From Myxococcales bacterium (lineage in GTDB: Bacteria; Myxococcota_A; Polyangia; Polyangiales; Polyangiaceae): a DNA stretch of 64,000 nt. The DNA is taken from the NCBI GenBank assembly GCA_043747615.1, contig JAYTOU010000051.1, positions 14,110-78,109 of the forward strand, given 5' to 3'. Positions 1-8,649 of this stretch are shown one piece after another. The notes beneath the pieces were generated by a model, which worked only from the letters and a program-made list of their open reading frames with translations, was not told where the DNA came from and made no database searches. A program made the translations under genes and the position numbers. Every line of letters starts with the position of its first letter. Position 1 is the stretch's first letter.

Positions 1-880
1 CACGCGAATCGGGCGGACACCATCCGTGCATCGTCCCTTGGTACACGTCGACCTTCGCTCGTAGGGACGCATGGCCGAACGCAGCCTTGAGCGTCTCCTT
101 CGCATCTGGCTGCTTCGCGTCGTCGTTGGCGGCGATCGCGATGAGAAACTGCGCCTTCATCGTTGGAATCAGAAGGTGCGGGCTGTCCGACTTATCCGTC
201 GCCAAACCTCCGCCATGGAACGTCGCCGCCGCGCCAATTCGGTCCGGATTCGCAGCCGCCGTGCGCATGACGAGCGGGCCGCCCATGCAGTAGCCGGTCG
301 TTCCCATCTTGCGCGATTTGTCGACGGACGGTTGCTGATCGAGCCACGCCGTAAGGGCTTTCGCGTCGGTGATCGCGGTGTCTTGCGTGAGCGAGCGCGC
401 GAGCGCCATCAGCGCGTCACGCGTTGCCGGATCTTCGAAGTCGGCGTGCGGAGGCGACGTCGGCGCTTTGTTCGTTCGGTAGAAGGGATTCACCACGAGC
501 ACGGCGTATCCCGACTCGGCGAGGCGCTTTCCCATCTGACGAAACGCCGGGCGTAGACCGAAGATGTCAGGCCAGATGAGGACCGCAGGAGCCTTGCCGG
601 CCGCTGGATGCACGAAGTAGGCATCACAGGCTCCGTCGGGCGTGGGGATGCTGACCTCCGACTCGGTCGTCGCGATCACCGCCCCTGCTGCTAGTGACGA
701 TGATGCTACTGCCGTCGGTGCAGGCACCGAAAGCGGCGCAGGCTCCGTTGATTTGCATCCCACCGGCAGGAGCGAAGCGAGGCCTGCGCCGAGCGAGAGA
801 GACCCAAAGCCTCGCCGTGAAAGGAGCTCGGAGCGAAGCTGGTAGGCGATCATGTCGTCAAAGGAATCGTCGTCACACAT
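1..880 (-). CDS. Dienelactone hydrolase family protein with Tat-like signal (3' end runs off the window)
   Basis: Manual translation from ATG at 880 (not in the ORF track): MCDDDSFDDMIAYQLRSELLSRRGFG...DAYFVHPAAGKAPAVLIWPDIFGLRPAF...GTTGYCMGG...FHGG...MHGWCPPDSR. GxCxGG nucleophile and HGW His motifs are present. Confidence 0.9.
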   Translation of the reverse strand, partial: MCDDDSFDDMIAYQLRSELLSRRGFGSLSLGAGLASLLPVGCKSTEPAPLSVPAPTAVASSSLAAGAVIATTESEVSIPTPDGACDAYFVHPAAGKAPAVLIWPDIFGLRPAFRQMGKRLAESGYAVLVVNPFYRTNKAPTSPPHADFEDPATRDALMALARSLTQDTAITDAKALTAWLDQQPSVDKSRKMGTTGYCMGGPLVMRTAAANPDRIGAAATFHGGGLATDKSDSPHLLIPTMKAQFLIAIAANDDAKQPDAKETLKAAFGHASLRAKVDVYQGTMHGWCPPDSR

Positions 881-888
881 GCGTGGTC

Positions 889-2613
889 TCAGGGCTCCAG
901 CGCGCCGGCGCTGCACGGGGTCGTTCGCGGCATCCCGCGCTGATCGGTGGTCTGGCAGTTGCTCGCGCCCTTGCCGACCGCCGGGCTCGTCTTCGGAACG
1001 GCCATCGTCTTCGTCGGACCTCCATTGTCCGCGAGCGGCGCGAGCTGCGGATCGATGATCGTGGAGTTGCTCGTGCACTTGTGCGGGTCGGGGCTCGCGG
1101 GGCCGGGCAAGAACTCGATGTTGCCAGCGCCCGCCGTGAAGGTGGCCTCGCAATTCGCGGAGTCGCCGCTCGTGGGCGCCGGCTTCTTGTTGTTTGCGAT
1201 GATCGAGTTGTACAGCGCGATCGTTCCGGTGGTGCCCATGAAACCCGCCCCGAAGGTGGCGTACATATTTCCGGACGTGGTCTTTACTTCGTTGCCCGCG
1301 ACCGTGAGGTTGGCGAGCGTGCCTCCGGCAATGTTGGACCCGAAGTAGAACCCGCCACCGAGCCCGTCCGTCGCCGTGTTGTTGGCGATGGTAACGTTCG
1401 TGAGATTGATGGTGACGTCGGCCGCGGCCGCTCCCTCTACGCGCACGCCGCCGGCGCCCTTGGCGACGTTGTTCGATACGGTGGAGTTTGTCATCGTGAG
1501 ATCGATCTGGTGAAGATAGAGCGCGCCGGAGTTGTCAGCGGTGTTGGCATCGAAGGTGGACTTGTCGATGGTGACCGGACCGGTGTTCTTGGGGACGCAC
1601 GTGGTGTCGACGGTGCGGAAGATCGCGCCCCCGAAGGCGCCGATCCCGGCGTGGTTGGCGTGGAACGTTGCGCCGCAGACGGTGATATCGATTGGCGTGT
1701 AAGGAGGCATCGCCACGCTGCCATTGCAGCCGGAGCTCGCCGGTCCGTCGAAGGAGATCGCCCCGCCGTTTCCGCCGTTCCCAGGATTGGCGTTCAGGCC
1801 CGTGGCCGTGTTGCCGTCGAAGGTGCTGTTGAAGATCGTGAGATTGGCAACGCCGAGGTTGCCGAGCGCGCCTCCGTTGCTGCACGCATTGCCGGAGAAC
1901 GTGCTCCCCGAGATCTTGGTGGCACCGCCGCCGATCGAGTAGATCGCCCCGCCGGCAACGTCCTGTCCGGTGACCGGGCCGATGTTGCCGTGGAACGTGC
2001 AGTCGACGACGGTGAGCTGCGCGCCCACGCGGTAGATCGCCGCCCCGCCCGTCGCGGTGCTCGTCGTGTTCACGACGTCGGTCGTGCGTCCGTCGCGAAA
2101 CGTGAGTTTTTGCACGGTGATCATCGTGGCTTTTTCGGTGAAGTCGCCGTGCCCGATTTTCAGGATCCGGGCCTTCATGTCGCCGCTGAGAACGATGGTC
2201 CCGCCGCCGTCGATCACGGTGGTCTTGTCGACCGTGCGCTCCGCCGTCATTTTGATCACGAACGGGTTCGCCGCTGTGCCCCCGCACGCGAAGGTGATGA
2301 CTCCACCCACGTCGAGCGCGGTCTGGAGCCCAGCCTCGGAGCAAGGCGGGCCGCCGGCTTTTCCGACCACGGTGGTCGGCGCCGAAACATCGGCAAGCGT
2401 CACCGTCGAGGTGCACACGCTCCCCGGCGGCGGGATCGGCCCCGAGTCGCTTGAATTCCCGCCTTCGCCGCCGCCGTCGCTAAGTGCGCCGTCGTCGCGG
2501 TTTGCGTCCGTGCCACCGCCGTCAGCGGCAGCGCCGTCCGAACCGTTCGAGTCGCCGCACGACACGACGAGGACCGCAAAGAGAAACGCGCCGGCTGCAA
2601 ACCGCTTTCTCAC
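889..2613 (-). CDS. Lipoprotein with right-handed beta-helix/Pmp-like GGAI repeats and choice-of-anchor-Q-like C-terminus
   Basis: Lipobox VVSC, repeated GGAI/FxxN motifs, C-terminal DPQLAPLADNGGPTKT...TDQRG...GALE. Confidence 0.75.
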   Translation of the reverse strand: MRKRFAAGAFLFAVLVVSCGDSNGSDGAAADGGGTDANRDDGALSDGGGEGGNSSDSGPIPPPGSVCTSTVTLADVSAPTTVVGKAGGPPCSEAGLQTALDVGGVITFACGGTAANPFVIKMTAERTVDKTTVIDGGGTIVLSGDMKARILKIGHGDFTEKATMITVQKLTFRDGRTTDVVNTTSTATGGAAIYRVGAQLTVVDCTFHGNIGPVTGQDVAGGAIYSIGGGATKISGSTFSGNACSNGGALGNLGVANLTIFNSTFDGNTATGLNANPGNGGNGGAISFDGPASSGCNGSVAMPPYTPIDITVCGATFHANHAGIGAFGGAIFRTVDTTCVPKNTGPVTIDKSTFDANTADNSGALYLHQIDLTMTNSTVSNNVAKGAGGVRVEGAAAADVTINLTNVTIANNTATDGLGGGFYFGSNIAGGTLANLTVAGNEVKTTSGNMYATFGAGFMGTTGTIALYNSIIANNKKPAPTSGDSANCEATFTAGAGNIEFLPGPASPDPHKCTSNSTIIDPQLAPLADNGGPTKTMAVPKTSPAVGKGASNCQTTDQRGMPRTTPCSAGALEP

Positions 2614-2663
2614 AGTGAGACCAGTCTATCCGACTCCGTCTACTTCAGGTGTAAACTTGGCAG

Positions 2664-3593
2664 ATGCGAAACGCCTCTCTCATTTGTTCTTCGCTTCTCC
2701 TGGCTCTGGCCGGCTGCTCCGCGAACGATGACGCCTCGGCGGCGCCCGGCGGCGGATCCGATGACGCCTCCGTGGGCGGGGACGCGCATAACACCATCGA
2801 CGCGTTCGCCGGCGATGGCGCGAATGACGCCTCCACGCTCGGAGACGCGGGTTTCATTCCGGCTCTCGACGCGGGGCCTTCGTCGGGGCGTCAGCACGCG
2901 ATCTCAAAGGACAAGACGACGGCGCCGAACGGGTTTTACGAGTACCTGCCCGGCGGTTACGACGGCTCGCGTGCCGCGCCTCTTCTCGTCTTCTGGCACG
3001 GCCTCGGCGAGAACGGCGATGGGCTGATGGAGGCGGATGGTGGCGGCGATCTGCACAAGGTCCCCGCGAACGGTCCGCCCAAATTGATCGCCGCAAGCCA
3101 GTGGCCAAACGCGCGGCCTTTCATCGTGCTCAGTCCTCAGCACGGGCCGGCCAACTGTCCGTCGAACGACGAGATCGACGCGTTCATGACCTGGGCCATC
3201 GGGCACTACACCGTGGACGCGAAGCGCGTCTACCTGACCGGTCTCAGCTGCGGCGCGATCGGCTCGTGGAGCTACCTCACGAAGTACAAGGACAAGGTCG
3301 TCGCGGCGGCGCTCCTCATCTCGGGAGACCCGGGGAACGCCTGGACGGCTGACGGCTGCGGCCTGATCGCGAACATGTCGCTCTGGTCGGTCCACGGAAG
3401 CGCCGACCCCACGGTGAATGTCGGACCGGATGAGGCCGAGCTCACGCATCTCGTCGCGTGCCCCGCGCCGCATGCCGACGTGAAGTGGAACCTCGTCGAT
3501 GGAGGCGGTCACGACGTGTGGACGAAGACGTACGATCTGTCCTACGGCTACGGAGACGTGTACGCGTGGATGCTCGCGCATCCGAAGCCGTGA
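2664..3593 (+). CDS. Alpha/beta-hydrolase (predicted peptidase/esterase) lipoprotein
   Basis: Lipobox LAGC; PLLVFWHGLGE, GLSCG nucleophile elbow, HGSADPTV, GHDVW. Confidence 0.8.
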   Translation: MRNASLICSSLLLALAGCSANDDASAAPGGGSDDASVGGDAHNTIDAFAGDGANDASTLGDAGFIPALDAGPSSGRQHAISKDKTTAPNGFYEYLPGGYDGSRAAPLLVFWHGLGENGDGLMEADGGGDLHKVPANGPPKLIAASQWPNARPFIVLSPQHGPANCPSNDEIDAFMTWAIGHYTVDAKRVYLTGLSCGAIGSWSYLTKYKDKVVAAALLISGDPGNAWTADGCGLIANMSLWSVHGSADPTVNVGPDEAELTHLVACPAPHADVKWNLVDGGGHDVWTKTYDLSYGYGDVYAWMLAHPKP

Positions 3594-4444
3594 CGCCTCC
3601 GCAGCGCGTGATTGCAATCGAAGGACCCGGGCTGTTCGGCGGTCGCGCCTGCCGGGTCGTGTTGTCGCGCACTTCCTACCCCGCGGTCAGGCTTCGCGTC
3701 GGCGGAGGGTCTCTGGTTCCGCTCGGTGATTTTCGGGTCGTCGACACGAACCGCACGACGACCATCGCGCGCGGAGAGTCGAGGCTCTCGCTCGTCGAGC
3801 ACTTGTTCGCGGCGCTCGCGGGGCTGAGCGTCCGCGAGCACCTCGACATTGACGTTACCGGCGACGAGCTCCCGCTCCTCGACGGCGGCGCGCGCGTGTG
3901 GTGCGAAGCGCTCGCCGAGCTCGGACTTGGAGCCGAGCATGCCTGGGGCGATGGCGGGAGCCCCGCCGCGCCTCTCCTGGTCTCACGCCGGATCGCGGTG
4001 CACGAGCCCATCGTCGTCGGCGAGAGCGTCTATCGCTTCGCCCCTGCACGAGACGTCTACGTCGCGGCGATGATCGACGTCGGCGATCCGCGCGTCGATG
4101 CAACGGCCGACTGGAACGGCACCGCGAGCCATTTCGTAACGACCATTGCTTCAGCAAGGACCTTCGTTGACGCGCGCGATCTCGAACCGATGCTCGCGTC
4201 GGGCCTCGGTGCCTCGGTCGACCGTGCCAGCGTCATCGTATTCGACGCTGACACGGTACACGTTGCGGGCCGACCCTTTTCGCCAGCCGAGCCTGCGCGC
4301 CACAAGTTGCTCGATCTCATGGGCGATCTCTACTTGTACGGCGGACCTCCGCGGGGCTCCACGCACGCTCATCGCCCAGGGCATCGCGCGACCCACGCCG
4401 CCATCGCGGAAGCGATCGCACGCGGCGTTCTTTGCCGCGCTTGA
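3590..4444 (+). CDS. lpxC: UDP-3-O-acyl-N-acetylglucosamine deacetylase (divergent)
   Basis: GTG at 3590 overlaps the upstream TGA. Motifs VEHLFAAL, ELPLLDGGA, ASARTF, RHKLLDLMGDL and RPGH match the LpxC Zn-ligand/catalytic motifs. Confidence 0.85.
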   Translation: MTPPQRVIAIEGPGLFGGRACRVVLSRTSYPAVRLRVGGGSLVPLGDFRVVDTNRTTTIARGESRLSLVEHLFAALAGLSVREHLDIDVTGDELPLLDGGARVWCEALAELGLGAEHAWGDGGSPAAPLLVSRRIAVHEPIVVGESVYRFAPARDVYVAAMIDVGDPRVDATADWNGTASHFVTTIASARTFVDARDLEPMLASGLGASVDRASVIVFDADTVHVAGRPFSPAEPARHKLLDLMGDLYLYGGPPRGSTHAHRPGHRATHAAIAEAIARGVLCRA

Positions 4445-4563
4445 TGCCGTAATTCGTACTCTCGTCTCAATGACGCTCCGGCGGCCCGAGCGACGCAACC
4501 TCTGCGACCGACGCACTGGACACACCTTCGGTGATTTCGTCGCGCCGCCGTTCACCCGACGGT

Positions 4564-6081
4564 TCACTCGTCGGTCTTCTTGCGCGGTCGTCGGAGCCCG
4601 TACTCGTCGAGCCGGTTGATCAGCGTTCGCCGCGAAATCCCGAGAATTTCGCTGGCCTTGCTCTGGTTTCCGCCGGCCTGATCCAAGGCCTTGAGTATGA
4701 GCGTTTGCTCGGTTTCCGCGTCCATGCGTAGGAGACGACCATGCGGCTCCCTTGCGGCTGCAAGGCGACTGGGCGCGCTCGGAGCGGTCTTGGTTGGGGC
4801 TCGAAGTCGACCAACCGACAGACCGCTTTCGGGCGCTTCGTCGAGTGACAGATCCGGCTCGATGATCAAATGTTCCGGAAGAAGAGTCGTTCCGCAGCAC
4901 ACGGTGAGCGCGCGCTCCATCACGTTCTTGAGCTCCCGAATATTTCCTGGCCACGAATGCTTATCGAGCGTCGCGAGCAGCTCGCTGGTCAGCTTCGGTA
5001 TCGCGCGCCCGCCGCGCATTGCCGCTTGTCCCAAGAAGAAGGACGCGAGCGCCGGGATCTCCGAACGGCGCTCCCGGAGCGGAGGAATGGGGATGGTGAT
5101 CCCGTTCAGCCTGAAATAAAGGTCGCGTCGAAACGCGCCCATGGCCACGAGCGCGGGAAGATTTCGGTTCGTGGCAGCGATGAAGCGCACGTCCACGATG
5201 CGTGGCTTTAGCCCGCCGAGGCGCATCAACTCCCCGTTCTCGAGGACGCGAAGGAGCTTGGCCTGGGTGGGAAGCGGCATCTCGCCGACCTCGTCGAGGA
5301 AGAACGTACCCTGGTGGGCGGCCTCGATGAGACCGGCCTTTGTCTGGTTTGCGCCCGTGAAGGCGCCGCGTTCGTAGCCGAATAGCTCGCTCTCGAGGAG
5401 CGCCTCGGGGAGCGCGGCACAGTTCAACTTGATGTACGGAAAGTCGGCGCGTGGCGAGCGCTTGTGGAGAGCTGCGCTGATTACTTCCTTGCCGACGCCC
5501 GTCTCGCCCATCACCAGCACGGGAATTCCGGAACGCGCGACTAGCTCGACGAGCCCGTGAATCCTGGCCATGGCCACGTCTTCCACGACCACCATCGCCT
5601 GGATGTTGGTGGACTCGTCTTCGGAGGCCGTCGACTTCTCGATCCGCGCAGTGATCTGCTCGGTGGACGGGCCGTGGTCCTGGATCATGAAGAAGATTCC
5701 GCCGGCCTCGATCAGGTTTCCGATCTCGAAAGGCGTCGGCGTGTTCGGCAGCAAGCGAAGGCCGTTCAGCCTGGTTCCATTTGCGCTCGCCAGGTCCTCG
5801 ATGACGGCCGGCGCGCCTTCCCGAATTGAGAAATGACGCCTCGAGATCGACGGGGCATCGATGCGAATTTCGCTGTCCGTACCGCGGCCGACGCCGACCA
5901 CGCGGCCGGGGCTCAGCGGATGCGCCTTCACGCCCCCCTTGAAGAACACGATGAGATGCGGCCCCGGGGCGAGGATCGGGGGTGCCTGCGTGAGTGTCGA
6001 CAGCGGAGCTTGGTCGGCCATGGGTCGGTCGGTCGCCCGCTCCGGACGCGGCGCGACGAGACTTCCGGGAGTATAGGGCAT
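4564..6081 (-). CDS. FHA-domain sigma-54-dependent enhancer-binding protein
   Basis: FHA (GR...SISRRH...DLASANGT), Walker A GETGVGKE, GAFTGA loop, FFLDEVGEM, WPGNIREL, Fis-type HTH. Start uncertain (6081 or 6021). Confidence 0.93.
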   Translation of the reverse strand: MPYTPGSLVAPRPERATDRPMADQAPLSTLTQAPPILAPGPHLIVFFKGGVKAHPLSPGRVVGVGRGTDSEIRIDAPSISRRHFSIREGAPAVIEDLASANGTRLNGLRLLPNTPTPFEIGNLIEAGGIFFMIQDHGPSTEQITARIEKSTASEDESTNIQAMVVVEDVAMARIHGLVELVARSGIPVLVMGETGVGKEVISAALHKRSPRADFPYIKLNCAALPEALLESELFGYERGAFTGANQTKAGLIEAAHQGTFFLDEVGEMPLPTQAKLLRVLENGELMRLGGLKPRIVDVRFIAATNRNLPALVAMGAFRRDLYFRLNGITIPIPPLRERRSEIPALASFFLGQAAMRGGRAIPKLTSELLATLDKHSWPGNIRELKNVMERALTVCCGTTLLPEHLIIEPDLSLDEAPESGLSVGRLRAPTKTAPSAPSRLAAAREPHGRLLRMDAETEQTLILKALDQAGGNQSKASEILGISRRTLINRLDEYGLRRPRKKTDE

Positions 6082-6178
6082 GCGCTTCTCCGCCGCGGGG
6101 AGTATTCCAACGACGCGATCCTCAAGAGGAGCCACAATTCTTCGGCGTTCACCCTCCGCTTGACCGATACTGGGGCGC

Positions 6179-7378
6179 GTGACCCCTGAGCACGCGGGAC
6201 TAGACCAAGAAGCGCTTGGACCAGGCTCCAAGCTGGATCGCTACGAGATCGTCCGTGCCGTCGCCCAAGGCGGGATGGGAGCGGTGTGGCTCGGGCGCTT
6301 GGGCGGCAAACACGGCTTCGAAAAGCTCGTGGCGCTCAAGACGATCCTCCCCGTCTACGCGGCCGATCGTCGCTTCCACGACATGTTCCTCGACGAGGCC
6401 CGCATTTCCCAGCGGCTCGTCCACGCCAACGTCGCTCAGATTCTCGATCTCGGTGAGCACGCGGGCACGACCTTCATCGTGTTCGAGTGGGTCGAGGGGA
6501 GCTCGCTCGAAACGATCTGCCGCACGTGCCAGCTGCGCGACGAACCGTTGCCTCTGACCGTTCTGCTCCGCGTGATCGCGGATGCGTGCGCAGGCTTGCA
6601 CGCCGCGCACGAGCTCACCGACGACGCGGGCGAGCCGCTCCAAGTGGTCCATCGAGACGTGACTCCCGACAACGTTCTGGTGAGCGAAGGAGGGGTCGCG
6701 AAAATCATCGATTTCGGCATCGCGAAGGCCCGCGCCCGTCTCGCCGGCGACACACGCAGCGGCCTCGTGAAGGGTACGCCTCAGTACATGGCTCCGGAGC
6801 AAGCCTCGGGAAGCGAAGTAGACCGCCGCGCCGACATCTGGGCGCTCGGGGCCGTCTTCTACCGCGCTCTGTCGGGCGGTCCACCGTTCGCGAATCGCGA
6901 CGAAGTGGCATCCTTCATCCTCAACAAAGACCCACTCCGCGAGCTGCCCGCGAGCGTCCCAGAGGACGTACGGGCCATCGTGGCGAAAGCCATGCAGCGC
7001 TACCCCTCCGACCGGTATGCCACGGCCGATTTGATGCGCGTCGCGCTCGAAGCCGCGATCCGCAAGCACGGCGCGTCCTTTTCGCCGGCGGAGATCTCGG
7101 CATTGCTGAAGAGGCTGGCGCCGCCGAAGAAAACGGCATCCGCGGAGAAGACGACGCAGCCCGACGGAGCGTCCATCGACGAGCGGCCAACGGCATCGGC
7201 TTTCGCGCTGACGGAGCTCGCAGGAGCGACGGTCAACGCGCCGACCGAGCCAGCGCTGCGTTCGCTTCCACCGCCGAAGACGGATCGTGAGCGCTGGCTG
7301 CGGGTCGTCATCTTCGTTGCCGTGTTCGTCTTCGTGGTCGCGATGATCGCGTTGCTCGTGCCCTCCGCGACGCAGTAG
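6179..7378 (+). CDS. Hanks-type Ser/Thr protein kinase with C-terminal TM helix
   Basis: QGGMGAV, VALK, HRDVTPDN, DFG, GTPQYMAPE, DIWALG; hydrophobic C-terminus. Confidence 0.93.
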   Translation: MTPEHAGLDQEALGPGSKLDRYEIVRAVAQGGMGAVWLGRLGGKHGFEKLVALKTILPVYAADRRFHDMFLDEARISQRLVHANVAQILDLGEHAGTTFIVFEWVEGSSLETICRTCQLRDEPLPLTVLLRVIADACAGLHAAHELTDDAGEPLQVVHRDVTPDNVLVSEGGVAKIIDFGIAKARARLAGDTRSGLVKGTPQYMAPEQASGSEVDRRADIWALGAVFYRALSGGPPFANRDEVASFILNKDPLRELPASVPEDVRAIVAKAMQRYPSDRYATADLMRVALEAAIRKHGASFSPAEISALLKRLAPPKKTASAEKTTQPDGASIDERPTASAFALTELAGATVNAPTEPALRSLPPPKTDRERWLRVVIFVAVFVFVVAMIALLVPSATQ

Positions 7379-7411
7379 GCGGCTTCGCGCGGCATGTGCG
7401 CGAGCCAAGGT

Positions 7412-7471
7412 TGCGCATTCGTGCTCACGATGTGCAGCCGATGCACAAGCGATTTGCGCAGCGTTTGCACA
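7412..7471 (+). promoter_or_regulatory. Phased TGCNCA-type repeats, candidate enhancer (EBP-binding) region
   Basis: TGCGCA 7412, TGCTCA 7422, TGTGCA 7431, TGCACA 7442, TGCGCA 7455, TGCACA 7466, spaced about 10-13 bp apart upstream of a -24/-12 element. Confidence 0.45.
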
Positions 7472-7604
7472 ACCGCGGGTCGCAGAAACACACGGACTGT
7501 GCGAGGTCCGCGCATAACGTGTTTGCGCGTTTGTTGCCGTTGTTTTGAGCAATTGGCAAGGCGACGCACTCCTCGCCCTCCGTCCATGCCAGTGGCTGCA
7601 CCGA

Positions 7605-7620
7605 TGGACCTCGCTTTGCA
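7605..7620 (+). promoter_or_regulatory. Candidate sigma-54 (-24/-12) promoter
   Basis: TGGACCTCGCTTTGCA = GG-N10-GC with TTGCA, about 70 bp upstream of GGGAGG + ATG 7692. Confidence 0.5.
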
Positions 7621-7691
7621 CTAGCCACCATCGCGATGGAGCCGGGGCGCGCGGTGCGCTTCGAACCACGCAGACTTTTTGGGAGGTTCGA

Positions 7692-8648
7692 ATGGTCGGT
7701 CGCGTTCACTCGGTGCTTACGGGGTTCCTCACGACGGCAGCTAGCTTCGCCCTCATGGCGACCACAGCGTGCAGCGCGGCGCCTGACGGCGGGAATGTCG
7801 ATAACGTGACCGCCACCGCAGCGGACAGGACCCACGCCGAGAGCTTCGCCATCCTCAACCAGTGCATCCCGATCAAGGCTTGTGGGAGCGGGCAAAACTG
7901 CGGAACCATCCCCGACGGATGCGGCGGCACCGTGAGTTGCTCCACCGTCGATCACAACGCCGATGGCACCACGACCACCCTCAAGCCCGACGGCCACCTC
8001 GCCGCGGCGTGCTCGAATTCCCCGATGGACGGCGTCTGCATCCAGAACGTCTGCACGCAGACCAAGTGCAGCACCGACGGGTATTTCCCGGTGTATGCGC
8101 TCAGGCACGTCAACCCGATCAACATCGTCGATCACGACGCCTACACGCGGGCATTCCCGAACACCCTGAACGGCGACGCCGAGCTCCTGGCGTACGAGCA
8201 GCGCGTCTACGGTATCTCGTCCGCGAACGGGTACGAGTACCTCATCGACAACGTCATCACCCCGTGCGCGAAGAATCCGCAAGGCGAAGAGTGCCGCACT
8301 GCCGCCTCGGCGCAAATCTACCTCGTCGGAATCATGGACAGCGCGTACTCCGGCTATGACATGAAAGCGCCCGATGGCTGGGGAGCGGCGCGCTCTCCCT
8401 GGAATCCTGGAATTCCCACCACGAAGCCGCCCGAGTCTGGGCTCCTGACGACGGGCGAGTGGAACCAGCTGCTCGCCATCACAACCGACCCGAAAAATAA
8501 GTTCCCGAACAGCCCTGCGACGGCCGCGGGCAACTCGATCAACTCGTACTACAAGGAGTGCGTCGTCGTCTTCGCCAAGGAAACCAACACGCCGCTCAAC
8601 TGGTACTCGGCCGTGGAAGTCCACGACCCCCGCGGCCCGAACTGGTGA
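7692..8648 (+). CDS. Cys-rich hypothetical lipoprotein
   Basis: GGGAGG RBS; lipobox TTAC; myxobacterial-type Cys motif CGTIPDGCGGTVSC. Confidence 0.7.
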   Translation: MVGRVHSVLTGFLTTAASFALMATTACSAAPDGGNVDNVTATAADRTHAESFAILNQCIPIKACGSGQNCGTIPDGCGGTVSCSTVDHNADGTTTTLKPDGHLAAACSNSPMDGVCIQNVCTQTKCSTDGYFPVYALRHVNPINIVDHDAYTRAFPNTLNGDAELLAYEQRVYGISSANGYEYLIDNVITPCAKNPQGEECRTAASAQIYLVGIMDSAYSGYDMKAPDGWGAARSPWNPGIPTTKPPESGLLTTGEWNQLLAITTDPKNKFPNSPATAAGNSINSYYKECVVVFAKETNTPLNWYSAVEVHDPRGPNW

Positions 8649-8649
8649 G

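Noticed and set aside
694..2454. Long antisense or alternate-frame ORFs (also 6200-7669, 23688-25109, 34309-34969, 49509-50876 and others)
   Set aside because: These are Arg/Ala-rich shadows of real genes, expected from high-GC codon bias or repeats, and they contain no recognisable motifs.
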